Shown in pieces: positions 1 to 9,845 of a stretch of DNA of 64,000 bases. Source of the DNA: a virus; the IMG/VR virus record IMGVR_UViG_3300021498_000001, positions 1-64,000 of that record; one strand, given 5' to 3'. The position numbers and the translations under genes are program-made. The notes beneath the pieces were generated by a model. The model searched no databases. It was not told the origin of the DNA and was given only the letters and a program-made list of their open reading frames with translations. The first letter of the stretch is position 1, and every line of letters begins with the position of its first letter.

Positions 1-43
1 GACAATTTAAAGCCCAGGGCAAAAGAAACCCTGGGCTTGGGAA

Positions 44-373
44 TTACCTTGTCCCTATAATGCACTCAATAGGGACATTGATTTTTTCCTCCACCGCCGC
101 TGGAAGGAATCGGCGGGGAAGGAATTTAATCCTTTTAAAATTGGAGTACTTGGCCAAGATTTGATTGGCCAAGTCTTTGGTGACATAAGCAAGTCTAGGT
201 GAAAAAGCCACCAATAGTATGCCGTGTCCCTCTCCTGTAGTGCTGTCAACAAACATCCGCACAGGGATGCTTGCCCAGGCCTTTGCGTTTGTACTATTCG
301 TGCTATTTGAGGACTTGGGCAACTGAGGGACATCTTTAAAACCCCTTACATAGTTACCGAGTTTAATCTGCAT
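44..373 (-). CDS. hypothetical protein (start uncertain; MQIKLG start preferred)
   Basis: ORF 44..454 in track; its 5' part overlaps hairpin-rich intergenic DNA, so the internal ATG at 373 is more plausible. Confidence 0.45.
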   Translation of the reverse strand: MQIKLGNYVRGFKDVPQLPKSSNSTNSTNAKAWASIPVRMFVDSTTGEGHGILLVAFSPRLAYVTKDLANQILAKYSNFKRIKFLPRRFLPAAVEEKINVPIECIIGTR

Positions 374-517
374 CTTGCACCTCTTAAGACTGGCCTTAGA
401 ATTTAAGGGCTTATGCCCACCAGTCTGTTTGTCAAAACAAAAAAGGCCAGCCAACGGGTTTTAAACCCGTGACTGGCCTTGCTGTGAGGGCCCAAGGCCC
501 TCATTGCTTTGCCAAAA

Positions 518-1006
518 CTAACTTAACTTAACACCTAAGAAAACAGCAGTAGCAATGATATCACTGTTGCAAGATTTTCGTAATCTATCTTCAATACGTC
601 TACGGATTTTCTTTATATCTAAAGGCTGGACTGGATAAATTGAAGCAAGATACCGCTCATCTGGTCGTCTTTCCCAAGTACAATAGTTGAATTCCTTTTC
701 TATAATGTATGCTACATCTTGGTAATTAATACCTTCTTCTTTTAGGAATTCAGCAACTGTCATGCCATAATCATTATTCCACTGTTCTCCAGAACCAGTT
801 GAACCAGAAGAGTCGTAGGGCACTTCTAGTAGCTTGCCATCTTTAGTCAAGACATAATAAATCGTACCTTCTGCACTATTGCCGTCGCACCAACTGTAAC
901 TATCTTCATACCCCTTTGTACTCCACACACGATTAGGACAATAATCATGAACATCAACGTGGTAACCTCTGTCCCTTAGGTCTTTAATCACTTCTTGTAA
1001 GGTCAT
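518..1006 (-). CDS. hypothetical phage protein
   Basis: 162-aa ORF with purine-rich RBS upstream. Confidence 0.75.
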   Translation of the reverse strand: MTLQEVIKDLRDRGYHVDVHDYCPNRVWSTKGYEDSYSWCDGNSAEGTIYYVLTKDGKLLEVPYDSSGSTGSGEQWNNDYGMTVAEFLKEEGINYQDVAYIIEKEFNYCTWERRPDERYLASIYPVQPLDIKKIRRRIEDRLRKSCNSDIIATAVFLGVKLS

Positions 1007-1104
1007 CTTTTCTCTCCCTTCCCCTTCCCTTGCCTAAGCATTGGCTTGGGGAAGGAGTGCTGGCGGTGAACCTTTAAGGGCCTTTGGCCCACCAGCCTCC
1101 TTTT

Positions 1105-1587
1105 TTAACCCGTCAAGCTGGCCTTATCAAACCACTCTTGTAAGACTTTTCCAGCCAAAAGCTGGCCCTTATAATTGGTCATATAAGGGCCGAAAGCAAT
1201 CGAGAAGAGTTCTCTAACAGTTCTTTCATCAACAGAGTCTCCAAATTTAACTTCAGAGACCTCAGAATTAAGAATTAACCCAGTTAAGATTTTATCCAAT
1301 TGATGAAATAAACAGAAAGAGCCTCTGGGTGCAAAGAAACGCACCTGAGGCTTTCTTTTTGAGATTTGGATAATTCTACCTGAGACGGTTTTAAAAATGA
1401 TGAGATTTTCATTTTCCTTAACTACGGGACTACAATCAAAATCTTCATCATAAAGAACCTCGGGAACTTTCCTATAATCAGTAACTCCCCAGACAACTGC
1501 CGAGACTGCATTGGCTATAGTCTCGGCATCGGGGATGCCCTTTTGACATCCCTGAACTTTCCATATAGCTTTTTTTACTTTTTTCAT
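1105..1587 (-). CDS. hypothetical phage protein
   Basis: 160-aa ORF, GGAGG RBS upstream. Confidence 0.75.
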   Translation of the reverse strand: MKKVKKAIWKVQGCQKGIPDAETIANAVSAVVWGVTDYRKVPEVLYDEDFDCSPVVKENENLIIFKTVSGRIIQISKRKPQVRFFAPRGSFCLFHQLDKILTGLILNSEVSEVKFGDSVDERTVRELFSIAFGPYMTNYKGQLLAGKVLQEWFDKASLTG

Positions 1588-1760
1588 CTTTCCTCCCTTT
1601 TTAATCTGGCCCTATAAGTTTAAAGCCCTTTGGGCTACCAGACAAATAGTAAAAAAACAAAAAGGGAAGGGAATAACTCTTGCCTCTTTGGAGACCAGCT
1701 TTTTTTTGTCTCCATTTCGGCCGCCTTCCTCGTCCTCCCTTCCCTCATCCTCATGCCTCC

Positions 1761-1789
1761 CTTATACCACACCCTCAGATTTTTGTCAA
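1761..1789 (-). promoter_or_regulatory. sigma70-type promoter for leftward genes
   Basis: minus strand TTGACA-17 nt-TATAAG with extended -10 TG. Confidence 0.7.
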
Positions 1790-1885
1790 GCATTTTTTAT
1801 TAACCCAACTCAACGACTAGTTTAACTTAACAATCTTTCTTAGATAAACTAACTTAGACAATCTAACAAGGTTGATTCAGAAAAC

Positions 1886-2107
1886 ATGCCTCTAATTTCA
1901 AAAATAAGACTGAGAGAGTTAAAAGCTCAGTTTGGTGGTCAATTGCAAGTAGTCTTTACAATTCCTGGCAAGGATTATGAATTAGAACATTTTTTGCATG
2001 CTCGTTTTAGAAAGTATCGGTTTAGGTATAAGGATAGCAGGGAATGGTTTTATAATGTACCTGCTATCTGGCGTTACGTGCGCAAGTATAAGCGGTCTTC
2101 GGATTGA
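1886..2107 (+). pseudogene. truncated T5orf172/Mug113-like (GIY-YIG superfamily) domain
   Basis: RLRELK...ELEHFLHARFRKYR...REWF matches the C-terminal half of the family; N-terminal motifs absent. Confidence 0.55.
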
Positions 2108-2246
2108 TTTAAAAATAACATGCATTTAAACCATGATTAAAGGCCAGTTTCTTGCCCTTGTGAACCAATTATGCTGTCCCTCAAATCACCCCACCCTTAA
2201 ATTGCAAAATCGTTTAAAAGCTAGAATTGGAGAGAGTTTTGAGAGG

Positions 2247-2615
2247 CTAAAATTGACTAGAATTGTTTAATATAACATGACTATTTATTAGAGCTTCTTT
2301 CATTCTTTCAATTTCTTTTGACTTCATACCTTTTCCTTCAAGATATGCCTGGAAAATCCTGCATTTTACCCATTTATAAAGATTCACCTGCATTGCTGTC
2401 ATGTAATTAAACCGCTCTATTTGTTTATCTGTAAGTGCCTGCTGTTTAAGTTCATTTATCATTTCAATGCTTTGATTTTCTATATTATCAAGTTTATTTA
2501 TCAGGTATTCACAATATGCCTTGCAGAGTGCTTTGTCTGCTTGTTCTTCTAGGGCTTCTGAGATTGCTTTGTCAACTATCTTGTTTATATCTGCTTTGCT
2601 TATTACTTTAGGCAT
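2247..2615 (-). CDS. hypothetical helical protein
   Basis: 122-aa ORF with its own promoter-like TTGACA-17-TAACTT at 2625-2653 (minus). Confidence 0.65.
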   Translation of the reverse strand: MPKVISKADINKIVDKAISEALEEQADKALCKAYCEYLINKLDNIENQSIEMINELKQQALTDKQIERFNYMTAMQVNLYKWVKCRIFQAYLEGKGMKSKEIERMKEALINSHVILNNSSQF

Positions 2616-2646
2616 GTCAATTTTAAGTTACGCTATTTAGTGCGGT

Positions 2647-2865
2647 GTGTCAAGGCTATTTGGCTATTTGGCTAAATGGAATGGCAAACGATGGGTCAAG
2701 AGTGCTAGGAAGAGGGCTGATGGAGTTTATCTTTATTTTGACGATGGGGATGAAGGATATATAGCTAAAGCACATATAGAAAAATATCTCCCTGCCCCTC
2801 CCTTTGGATATACATACAAGTGGGAAGGTCCAGGGAAAATTATTACAGTAAGGGAGGTGAAATAA
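2647..2865 (+). CDS. hypothetical protein
   Basis: 72-aa ORF, first of three closely coupled small genes. Confidence 0.55.
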   Translation: MSRLFGYLAKWNGKRWVKSARKRADGVYLYFDDGDEGYIAKAHIEKYLPAPPFGYTYKWEGPGKIITVREVK

Positions 2866-2866
2866 G

Positions 2867-3136
2867 ATGGGAATGTCTTGTACATTAGAACAGGGTTTAG
2901 CTTTAGAAAAACTTTATAAACTGCATGATTCTAATGGATTGATTAAAGGTAGATACTTTATAGATACGCCTGGTAATAAGGACTATGGTACCGATGATAG
3001 GCATGATATGTGTTTACCTGTATTTGAGATTTTAAATGGCAATGGATATGTAAGACGTATAGGATATGTGAGGATTAAACCTAATGGTAAGATATATGTG
3101 CCTAGACAGATTAAAATGAAATTAAGGGAGGTGTAA
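2867..3136 (+). CDS. hypothetical protein
   Basis: 89-aa ORF, GGAGGT RBS. Confidence 0.7.
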   Translation: MGMSCTLEQGLALEKLYKLHDSNGLIKGRYFIDTPGNKDYGTDDRHDMCLPVFEILNGNGYVRRIGYVRIKPNGKIYVPRQIKMKLREV

Positions 3137-3137
3137 G

Positions 3138-3365
3138 ATGAATATTAAAGCATATCAATGGGACTATAAGACAAACCAAGGGATTAAAATCTCATCCAAT
3201 CAAAAACGGGTAAGGGATTTTGCTAATACTCTAGCTAAGACATGTAAAGAATTGTTTGGCCAATGTTTAATCTCATTATCTGTATTCTTTGCTAGTAATA
3301 CTGATTCTTATCCTTATCACTATGTGGGCATATTAGAAGATGGGCGCAAAGTATATGCGCCCTAA
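3138..3365 (+). CDS. hypothetical protein
   Basis: 75-aa ORF, GGAGGT RBS. Confidence 0.7.
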   Translation: MNIKAYQWDYKTNQGIKISSNQKRVRDFANTLAKTCKELFGQCLISLSVFFASNTDSYPYHYVGILEDGRKVYAP

Positions 3366-3373
3366 ATTTCCAA

Positions 3374-3405
3374 GCCTAGGCCATTATCGGCCTAGGCATT
3401 ATTTA
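3374..3405 (+). terminator. putative intrinsic terminator
   Basis: GCCTAGGCC-loop-GGCCTAGGC hairpin followed by T-rich tract, right after the 3365 stop. Confidence 0.5.
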
Positions 3406-3958
3406 TGCCACCAATCTTAGACACTCCTAACATTCTTAGACTAATCCTGAATTTGACATAAGATAACATTATCGGACCCTGTTAAGACAAGCTAAGTTAG
3501 TTAGTCTAATAAAACATTGTTTTGTAAACAAACATGATTAGGCAAACAAACTCAGTTTGACATAAACAAAGGCAAGCAAGCAAAGATTGATAAGTAAGCA
3601 AAGTTAGTTAGATTGAACTGAGTTAGTTGCATGAAACTAAGTAAAAGATTCGGAACAAAATTTGAATCTGCTCTATGCTGGTATCCCGCGAAAATTTTTT
3701 CATTTTTCTTGCCTTACCTTACCTCCACATACACCTTTATGTTCTTCTTTATCAGATCAGCTATTTCTCTTAACACCTCGAAATCAATATCAACTTGTTT
3801 GCCCCGCTCATCCACAATATTCAGAATTATCCCTATTTCTTCTCGACTAATTCTTATATCGGCAAATTAACCATCTATTCTGTGTCCCGCAGTGTTCTTT
3901 CAATACCTTTCGTACATTCCTTATTACAAATTCTTCAAATTCTTCAAATTCTTTGAGT

Positions 3959-4408
3959 TCATCTTTCATTTTCCATCCTCTCCACAACCTTCCTATACCA
4001 CTCATTTGGAAAGCATACCTCATCCCAAAACTTATCCTCTGTATAGACATCCCATTTTCTCCTTATTCCATGCACAATTCGACAGAAATCGCTTCTGCAA
4101 CCGTTTTTCAAATCCTCACAGCATCCATGTCTTTTCCCATATCCACATGTCTTACATCCCGACCAAAACCTACAATAACTTTGAAAGATACACCAAGGAC
4201 AAGTCCAAGAATTTAAACCTCTGCCTTCGTGATATATAACCTCTCTGCAAATTGCCTCCCATACCCCTTCTGCCTCTATTTCGCTCCATTTCTCTATCTC
4301 CTCTGCATCCTCAGGCCCATAGTACAAATGCCAATTCTTTATTCCCAGAACCCACATTCTCCTTGCCTTTGCTCCCATCAAGTATTTAAGTTTGTCCTTT
4401 GCGTTCAT
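3959..4408 (-). CDS. Cys-rich hypothetical protein
   Basis: 149 aa with CPWC, CKTC and CC motifs. Confidence 0.65.
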   Translation of the reverse strand: MNAKDKLKYLMGAKARRMWVLGIKNWHLYYGPEDAEEIEKWSEIEAEGVWEAICREVIYHEGRGLNSWTCPWCIFQSYCRFWSGCKTCGYGKRHGCCEDLKNGCRSDFCRIVHGIRRKWDVYTEDKFWDEVCFPNEWYRKVVERMENER

Positions 4409-4571
4409 TTGCTTTCCTTACATGCCCTCTAATTTGAAGAAATCCTATAACCTGCAAGGCAATCTTCTCTATTATTTCTTTCTGCTCCTTACCCAGCAAA
4501 GGCAGTACTCCATTCTTCTCTGCCCATTCTACAAATTCACCCGCCAATCTTAACCTGTCTGAGAATAACAT
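4386..4571 (-). CDS. hypothetical protein
   Basis: 61-aa ORF coupled to neighbours. Confidence 0.55.
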   Translation of the reverse strand: MLFSDRLRLAGEFVEWAEKNGVLPLLGKEQKEIIEKIALQVIGFLQIRGHVRKANERKGQT

Positions 4572-4573
4572 AC

Positions 4574-4914
4574 TTATTTCTTCTCCATTCTATAATCCTT
4601 CATTATCTTTACCACATCTCCAAGATAGAACGAAACCAAGTTTCCCTTCTTCAAATTAGGAATATTGCTTTGCTCACTTACTAACTCACCATAGCATAAC
4701 TCCCTGCCAACTTCACAACCTTACACCACAGCTCCTCTGCTCCTGCAATCTCACTCGAACCAAAGATAAGCTGCACAAAATCGCCTTCTTCTATTTCAAG
4801 CAATTGTTCTTTGGTAGGCAAATCATAATCCTTTGAAATGGGTGGCCTGCAAATATAATATCCCTGACTTGCTTCTGTTGAAGTTGTTGCAGTTTTAAAT
4901 TTATATTTGTTCAT
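4574..4914 (-). pseudogene. frameshifted DUF2314-like gene
   Basis: ORF 4681..4914 (GDFVQLIF...EELWCKV) continues in the -1 frame as GELVSEQSNIPNLKKGNLVSF...KK* ending 2 nt before the next ATG. Confidence 0.55.
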
Positions 4915-4941
4915 TGCGCCCTCCTTTTTTTATTAAAAACC

Positions 4942-5406
4942 TTAATCTCTCCTTATAAGCAGCAAAGATTCAGCATATTTATCCTCTTCTGCCAGCAATT
5001 CGACTCTATCTAGAGCTCTGTCTCTTTGAAACATCAAATTCTCTGCATCAAGGAAAGAACGAAACATTTGATATGCCTCTTCTGCATTGCTTGCTATCAC
5101 ATAAGCCTGTTTCTTGCCCTTAACTGTTACCTTATAAAGTTTCATTTCAACCTCCTGTGTTAACTTTTCTCTCAGTTTCAAACGCTTCTCTGTTTCCTCG
5201 GCGGTCTTTTCCATATAAGTGCCTATTGCTAGGTTGACTAAATCTCCAATATCTCCTTCTACTTTCTCAATTTCAACAAACTGTTTCTTAGGGTGTTTCT
5301 CCTTTTCCAAGATAAGTTCCATAGTTCCATCTTCAATTATTCTTAGCTTCTTTCCTTCAATTGATATCCAAATTCTTGGTGGTACTATCATTTCCTTTCC
5401 TCCCAC
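4942..5406 (-). CDS. hypothetical protein
   Basis: 154-aa ORF; shares VEGDIGDLVNLA motif with 5388..6056. Confidence 0.7.
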   Translation of the reverse strand: MGGKEMIVPPRIWISIEGKKLRIIEDGTMELILEKEKHPKKQFVEIEKVEGDIGDLVNLAIGTYMEKTAEETEKRLKLREKLTQEVEMKLYKVTVKGKKQAYVIASNAEEAYQMFRSFLDAENLMFQRDRALDRVELLAEEDKYAESLLLIRRD

Positions 5407-6056
5407 TCAGAATATTTCCATATCTCAATCACAACAGGCTTTGCAAACCATTTGTTTATAAACTCTATCACTGCCTGTTGTATATCCTTGGACTTACCCA
5501 AATATAAAGTATTTTCTGGATGTGTGGGTTTTCCATCCACATTAGTTATATCCAATACATTTCTATTCAATACAATCCTTGCATATTTAAGTTTTTTCTG
5601 TTTGTTCATGCTCACTCCTAAAATCCCTGCCTCTCTGCTAATCCTTGCATTTATAGCTGCACGATTCTCGTATGTCTTCAAGGCAAGCTCTACCAAATCA
5701 CCTACATCTCCTTGCACTGTATAAATACAATAAAATTCTCCATCGGGAAAGGACTTCTGCAATTCTTGCCATTTCTCACAATCCTTTTCTATTATCAAAT
5801 CAGTCTTGTGCTTGCCTACTATTGCCAAGCAAATAGTTTTCATTCCTGCCTGCTTAGGTTTATTTGCCTCTTCCCAGAGTTTCTCATAGAGTTCTTCTGC
5901 TGTCGTGCCTTTATCTATGCCTCCTGGCTCCGTATATCCACATTTGCACCACCAATACCAAGGATATTGAGGTGGATAAGAAGGCAAATCATAATTCTCA
6001 TATCTCTTTATCATTTTCTTGCCACATTGGGGGCATATTTTGGTCTTTAACATCAC
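5388..6056 (-). CDS. hypothetical protein with N-terminal Zn ribbon
   Basis: CPQC...WCKCG; 222 aa; AGGAGG RBS. Confidence 0.7.
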   Translation of the reverse strand: MMLKTKICPQCGKKMIKRYENYDLPSYPPQYPWYWWCKCGYTEPGGIDKGTTAEELYEKLWEEANKPKQAGMKTICLAIVGKHKTDLIIEKDCEKWQELQKSFPDGEFYCIYTVQGDVGDLVELALKTYENRAAINARISREAGILGVSMNKQKKLKYARIVLNRNVLDITNVDGKPTHPENTLYLGKSKDIQQAVIEFINKWFAKPVVIEIWKYSEWEERK

Positions 6057-6255
6057 TCTCCTCCTTTCTTAAAGACTTCATAACACTATCTGCCTTGTGC
6101 ACACAATATAAATTACACGCATGCCTAGATATGCCTTCCCTTATGCACTCAAGAAAGCATTGTTTGTAAGTTTGTCGCCATATCTCATCCTTGGGCATAT
6201 CGGGACTAAATACCAAGAGAGCCAAATAAGTTACGCAGACAATAATGATCCTCAT
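5998..6255 (-). CDS. small secreted or membrane-anchored protein
   Basis: hydrophobic N-terminus and two Cx3C pairs. Confidence 0.5.
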   Translation of the reverse strand: MRIIIVCVTYLALLVFSPDMPKDEIWRQTYKQCFLECIREGISRHACNLYCVHKADSVMKSLRKEESDVKDQNMPPMWQENDKEI

Positions 6256-6491
6256 TTACTTCTAAGCTCTATAAGCTCTATAAGCTCTATATAATTTCTA
6301 ATTGCTGTTTCAATTCTCTCAAAATTAGAAACTCCACACCAAGGTATAAATTCATCTAGCATCAATCCAATTTTATATGCCCAGAAACTCATTAATTCTA
6401 CTTGCTTACTGCAGGGCAGGTCTTTAAATTTATCTAATCCTTTAGTGTCCAAGGAATACTGCTTGCTAATTGGTGCAATTTCTTTATTCAT
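6252..6491 (-). CDS. hypothetical protein
   Basis: 79-aa ORF in leftward operon. Confidence 0.6.
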   Translation of the reverse strand: MNKEIAPISKQYSLDTKGLDKFKDLPCSKQVELMSFWAYKIGLMLDEFIPWCGVSNFERIETAIRNYIELIELIELRSK

Positions 6492-6502
6492 CTTCTATTA
6501 CC

Positions 6503-6730
6503 TTATAAATCTCCAGTCCAATCTGTTCTTTCGGGATGTTCTCTTCCATTATACTGTACCAAAATAAACAAAGAAGGCTGACATGCTCCATATTGACTGT
6601 CATTCCCTACAACAACTTGCATTTGCACAGATTCAATCTTGCCCTGAATACTGTCAAGGAATTCATTCACCTTTTCTTCTACAATCCAACGACTTTCACT
6701 CAAATCAAAGGCTTTGAATATTGCTTTCAT
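6503..6730 (-). CDS. hypothetical protein
   Basis: 75-aa ORF in leftward operon. Confidence 0.6.
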   Translation of the reverse strand: MKAIFKAFDLSESRWIVEEKVNEFLDSIQGKIESVQMQVVVGNDSQYGACQPSLFILVQYNGREHPERTDWTGDL

Positions 6731-6739
6731 TTTACCCCT

Positions 6740-7120
6740 TTATCTAATATCTCTTAATACAGAATCATATCTTTCCTTCAAGTATATCAACTGTTCCTCA
6801 CTTAATACAGCTAGATATGTTTTCTTGCCAACATGAGCATATTTCACAGGCTTGCCTTTTATTTTAAAACGACTAAGACCTCTTATTTCTAATTCCTTTG
6901 CTACAAGTCCAAGAATACAATTTTTGAGATAATCCCTTAATTGGTCTAAATGAGTCTTTTTTGCTTCTTCTGTTAATGCATTCCAAGGTTTTATTCCATA
7001 CTCTTCATACACCTCAAATTGAATCGAAGCCCTAGTATAAATCCGTGAATAAGGTTCATGATATTCTATTGTATCTATTTCGATAGCATTGTCCAATGTT
7101 TTTAGCTTCCTAATATCCAT
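6740..7120 (-). CDS. hypothetical protein
   Basis: 126-aa ORF, AAGGAG RBS. Confidence 0.65.
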   Translation of the reverse strand: MDIRKLKTLDNAIEIDTIEYHEPYSRIYTRASIQFEVYEEYGIKPWNALTEEAKKTHLDQLRDYLKNCILGLVAKELEIRGLSRFKIKGKPVKYAHVGKKTYLAVLSEEQLIYLKERYDSVLRDIR

Positions 7121-7123
7121 AAT

Positions 7124-7593
7124 TCACTCCTTCATAAATATTTCTTTACTCTCAAGCCATTCATCCACATATTTCTTATATTCTCCAGCCAGCTCTTTGA
7201 TTTTATTTTCTTGCCAATCTTGTGGCTCTAGGAGTACTCTGATGATATTTGCGACCTTGGGATAAAAATATTCCCAAGCATACATAATGTGAGATAAATA
7301 ATGACGATAATCATCCAGTTGTTTGGAAATTGCTAAAATCCTTCTTCTATTTCACGTTGTTTTAAGTATAGATACTCATTTACATCACAGGAAAGCAAAC
7401 AAGCTTTCCCTCTCAAAGGACATGTAAAGATAAATTTTATATAGTGAATGTCACTTTCTTTAATATCAGGTCCTCTCAAAGCAGTCACATAAGCCCAGAG
7501 TAGATCGTTTCCACAGTCTGCTGGAGGTTTAAGTTTATTACCCATACAGGCATTCAACAATTCTATCCAAGTTCGTTCCATATTTCTAGCCAT
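7124..7593 (-). pseudogene. frameshifted paralogue of 10591..11076
   Basis: N-half has WAYVTALRGPDI/IFTCPLR; the -1 frame after the 7333 stop gives HYLSHIMYAWEYFYPKVANI...YKKYVDEWLES, matching the C-half of 10591..11076. Confidence 0.75.
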
Positions 7594-8278
7594 TGCTACT
7601 CCTTAACAATCTATTCAAATTTGGCTTGATATATACTCTAGTGAATTGCTTAAGTGCTGCTATTAGCTCTTTAATCTTTTCACCAGGAGGCTCAGGCAAA
7701 TTGCACTTCTTAGAATCAGCACCAATGCTTACAAAGCTAGGATTGATATATTCAAGAATCAATACAAATTTATCCAAATCAAAATCCATAATAGGCTCTA
7801 TGCTTACCATAGATTTAAAGTCTTCACTATACTCTGAGAATGTTGCAACTCTTTCCTCTGGGCAAGGTGCTTTGGATATATTATAATTTCTGTTTGATTC
7901 TAAGGTTATGCCTAAAACTACTTTAGGAGGTAACTTAAGAAGCCAGTTTCTTAATCTCTCGGGATTTTTAGTTTGAAAGAAGTAAATATTTTCAGGATAT
8001 TTGTTGCAATGCTCTATAATGCAATGAATGTATCTAGCATTTACCCACCATCCAAATAAATCTGTACAACTACAAACAAATATGACCTTATCTCTGCTAA
8101 GGTTTATGAATTCCTTTTCAATCAATCTGGCAGGGCCTTTATATTTCTCCAATCTAGCAAGTCTGGGGCTTCTTTTAACATAGCAATATTTACATCTATG
8201 CATGCATTCTCCACCAAGTGGATTCCATGTATGCGTTGTCCAGCTGTACATGTTGCCACTAGACTTGACTAAACTCAT
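7586..8278 (-). CDS. radical SAM protein, DUF5131/phage Gp37Gp68-like
   Basis: TWNPLGGECMHRCKYCY (CxxxCxxC), FQTKNP, SIEPI motifs. Confidence 0.85.
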   Translation of the reverse strand: MSLVKSSGNMYSWTTHTWNPLGGECMHRCKYCYVKRSPRLARLEKYKGPARLIEKEFINLSRDKVIFVCSCTDLFGWWVNARYIHCIIEHCNKYPENIYFFQTKNPERLRNWLLKLPPKVVLGITLESNRNYNISKAPCPEERVATFSEYSEDFKSMVSIEPIMDFDLDKFVLILEYINPSFVSIGADSKKCNLPEPPGEKIKELIAALKQFTRVYIKPNLNRLLRSSNG

Positions 8279-8279
8279 C

Positions 8280-9260
8280 CTATACCAATCTCCAAGAAGA
8301 ACCTGACCATCCTCCCTTGATTACTCCCTCATTCTTCACAAGAATTACATCATCAAACAGAGCAATAAAGTCTCTATAATTCACTTGCAATCTTGCAGAT
8401 GTATCGATTACTTCTGTAGTATAATTGCACCAAAACGAACATCCAGCAACTTTATCTCCCAAAGAAACTTCATGTATGGGATGCAAAAATGAATAACCCT
8501 CTTGCTGAATGTACTTGGCCTTACAAATGACTCCTACTTTCTCACTGCCACCAAAAAGAAGTCCTATAATTGGACGGTCAGGTGGAATAGAATTATCTGC
8601 ATATCTATCTACATGCTCAATTGTAGGATAATAAACTGCAAAATCAATATGGTTGACTGGCTCTCCTTGCGCAGTGAAATAAGTAGAGCTACCTAAGAGT
8701 TTGGCAAAAAGATTCAAGACAAAGAGAATGGCTTTAGAAATTGGACAAACCTCTGTAATAGGCACAACTCTTTTATGCCAAGCATATTCTCCACAAACTC
8801 TGCAAGGCTTGTGGTGATATGGGCCTGGCTGGCATATTCTTTTTTCTGTCACTTCTTCGGGCTTTAGAGACGCATTGGGCGTGAGTACGTGCGCATTTGA
8901 ACAAGCATACATTTGGCTATCTTTTACACAAAGTAGCCCTAAAGAACCTGCGGTAATATCTTTGTGCCCCACAGAAGTGCCTAAAGGTATAGGCTCAAAA
9001 GGCTTGGTTTTATCTACTTTCTCTCCCTCTAATGCGTTAACCTCACCTATCTCTACAACATCTACTCTAATTCCTTCAATTTCTCTAGGAATGATATCCT
9101 TCTTATGCAGATACTCCACAGGCACTTTCTTTTTCACATAGACTCTAATCCCTTTCTCTGCAATAGGCTTTCCTTCTACCAGAATTGGCATTAGTGTCTT
9201 GGAGCAACCAATCACATTGCGCTTAGTTTTTAATTTGCGATATACATTGTCAATTTTCAT
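8280..9260 (-). CDS. trypsin-like serine protease (Nal1-like)
   Basis: AGSLG, SNAHVL (His), IDFA (Asp), GGWSGS (Ser); N-terminal VYVKKK...DVVEIG pro-region; start at MKIDN after AGGAGG. Confidence 0.75.
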   Translation of the reverse strand: MKIDNVYRKLKTKRNVIGCSKTLMPILVEGKPIAEKGIRVYVKKKVPVEYLHKKDIIPREIEGIRVDVVEIGEVNALEGEKVDKTKPFEPIPLGTSVGHKDITAGSLGLLCVKDSQMYACSNAHVLTPNASLKPEEVTEKRICQPGPYHHKPCRVCGEYAWHKRVVPITEVCPISKAILFVLNLFAKLLGSSTYFTAQGEPVNHIDFAVYYPTIEHVDRYADNSIPPDRPIIGLLFGGSEKVGVICKAKYIQQEGYSFLHPIHEVSLGDKVAGCSFWCNYTTEVIDTSARLQVNYRDFIALFDDVILVKNEGVIKGGWSGSSWRLV

Positions 9261-9262
9261 TT

Positions 9263-9841
9263 TTAATCCTCCTTCTTTATGCAATCTGTTCCTAACATTG
9301 TGCATATAATAGGATTCGTAGGCTTCTCAGGTTCTGTTTGTGGACATTCAAGTCCAAGTTCATTTGCAAGATACAAATCTCCTTGATTATATCGCTTATA
9401 CTCTTTAAACTCTGGAATTTCATTTTTATCCAAAGGAAAATAAGGATTTTCAGGCAAGGTCATAAGCCATTTTCTGAATAATTGAATCGTCTTATATTTA
9501 ACTCCAACCCATTTATCACCTACAAATCCATAGCAACCTATGCCAAATAGTGCTCTCGTAATATTCTTAGACCAATCCTTATAAATAGCTACCAGAAAGA
9601 CAGAAACCTGAATACTGCGTTTTCCAAATAAATATAGATTTCTGTATTGTACAAAGCCATCCCAAAAATGCATGATATAAGGCTTAATAAACCGCCCTTC
9701 TGGCCTCCATGCTTTCTTATCTTGAATACTAACCCAATTCTTATAAATCTCTACTTTGACTCCATCAGGACACTCTAAGACGCCTTTAGTAGGTTCTCCT
9801 CTCTCATTCCAAGCTATTGTATCCCAATTAGAAAGTCCCAT
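9263..9841 (-). CDS. conserved phage hypothetical protein
   Basis: 192 aa; paralogue at 63222-63625. Confidence 0.75.
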   Translation of the reverse strand: MGLSNWDTIAWNERGEPTKGVLECPDGVKVEIYKNWVSIQDKKAWRPEGRFIKPYIMHFWDGFVQYRNLYLFGKRSIQVSVFLVAIYKDWSKNITRALFGIGCYGFVGDKWVGVKYKTIQLFRKWLMTLPENPYFPLDKNEIPEFKEYKRYNQGDLYLANELGLECPQTEPEKPTNPIICTMLGTDCIKKED

Positions 9842-9845
9842 CTTA

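Noticed and set aside
3631-4432. Plus-strand ORFs rich in F/S/I/P
   Set aside because: Antisense to the purine-rich leftward genes
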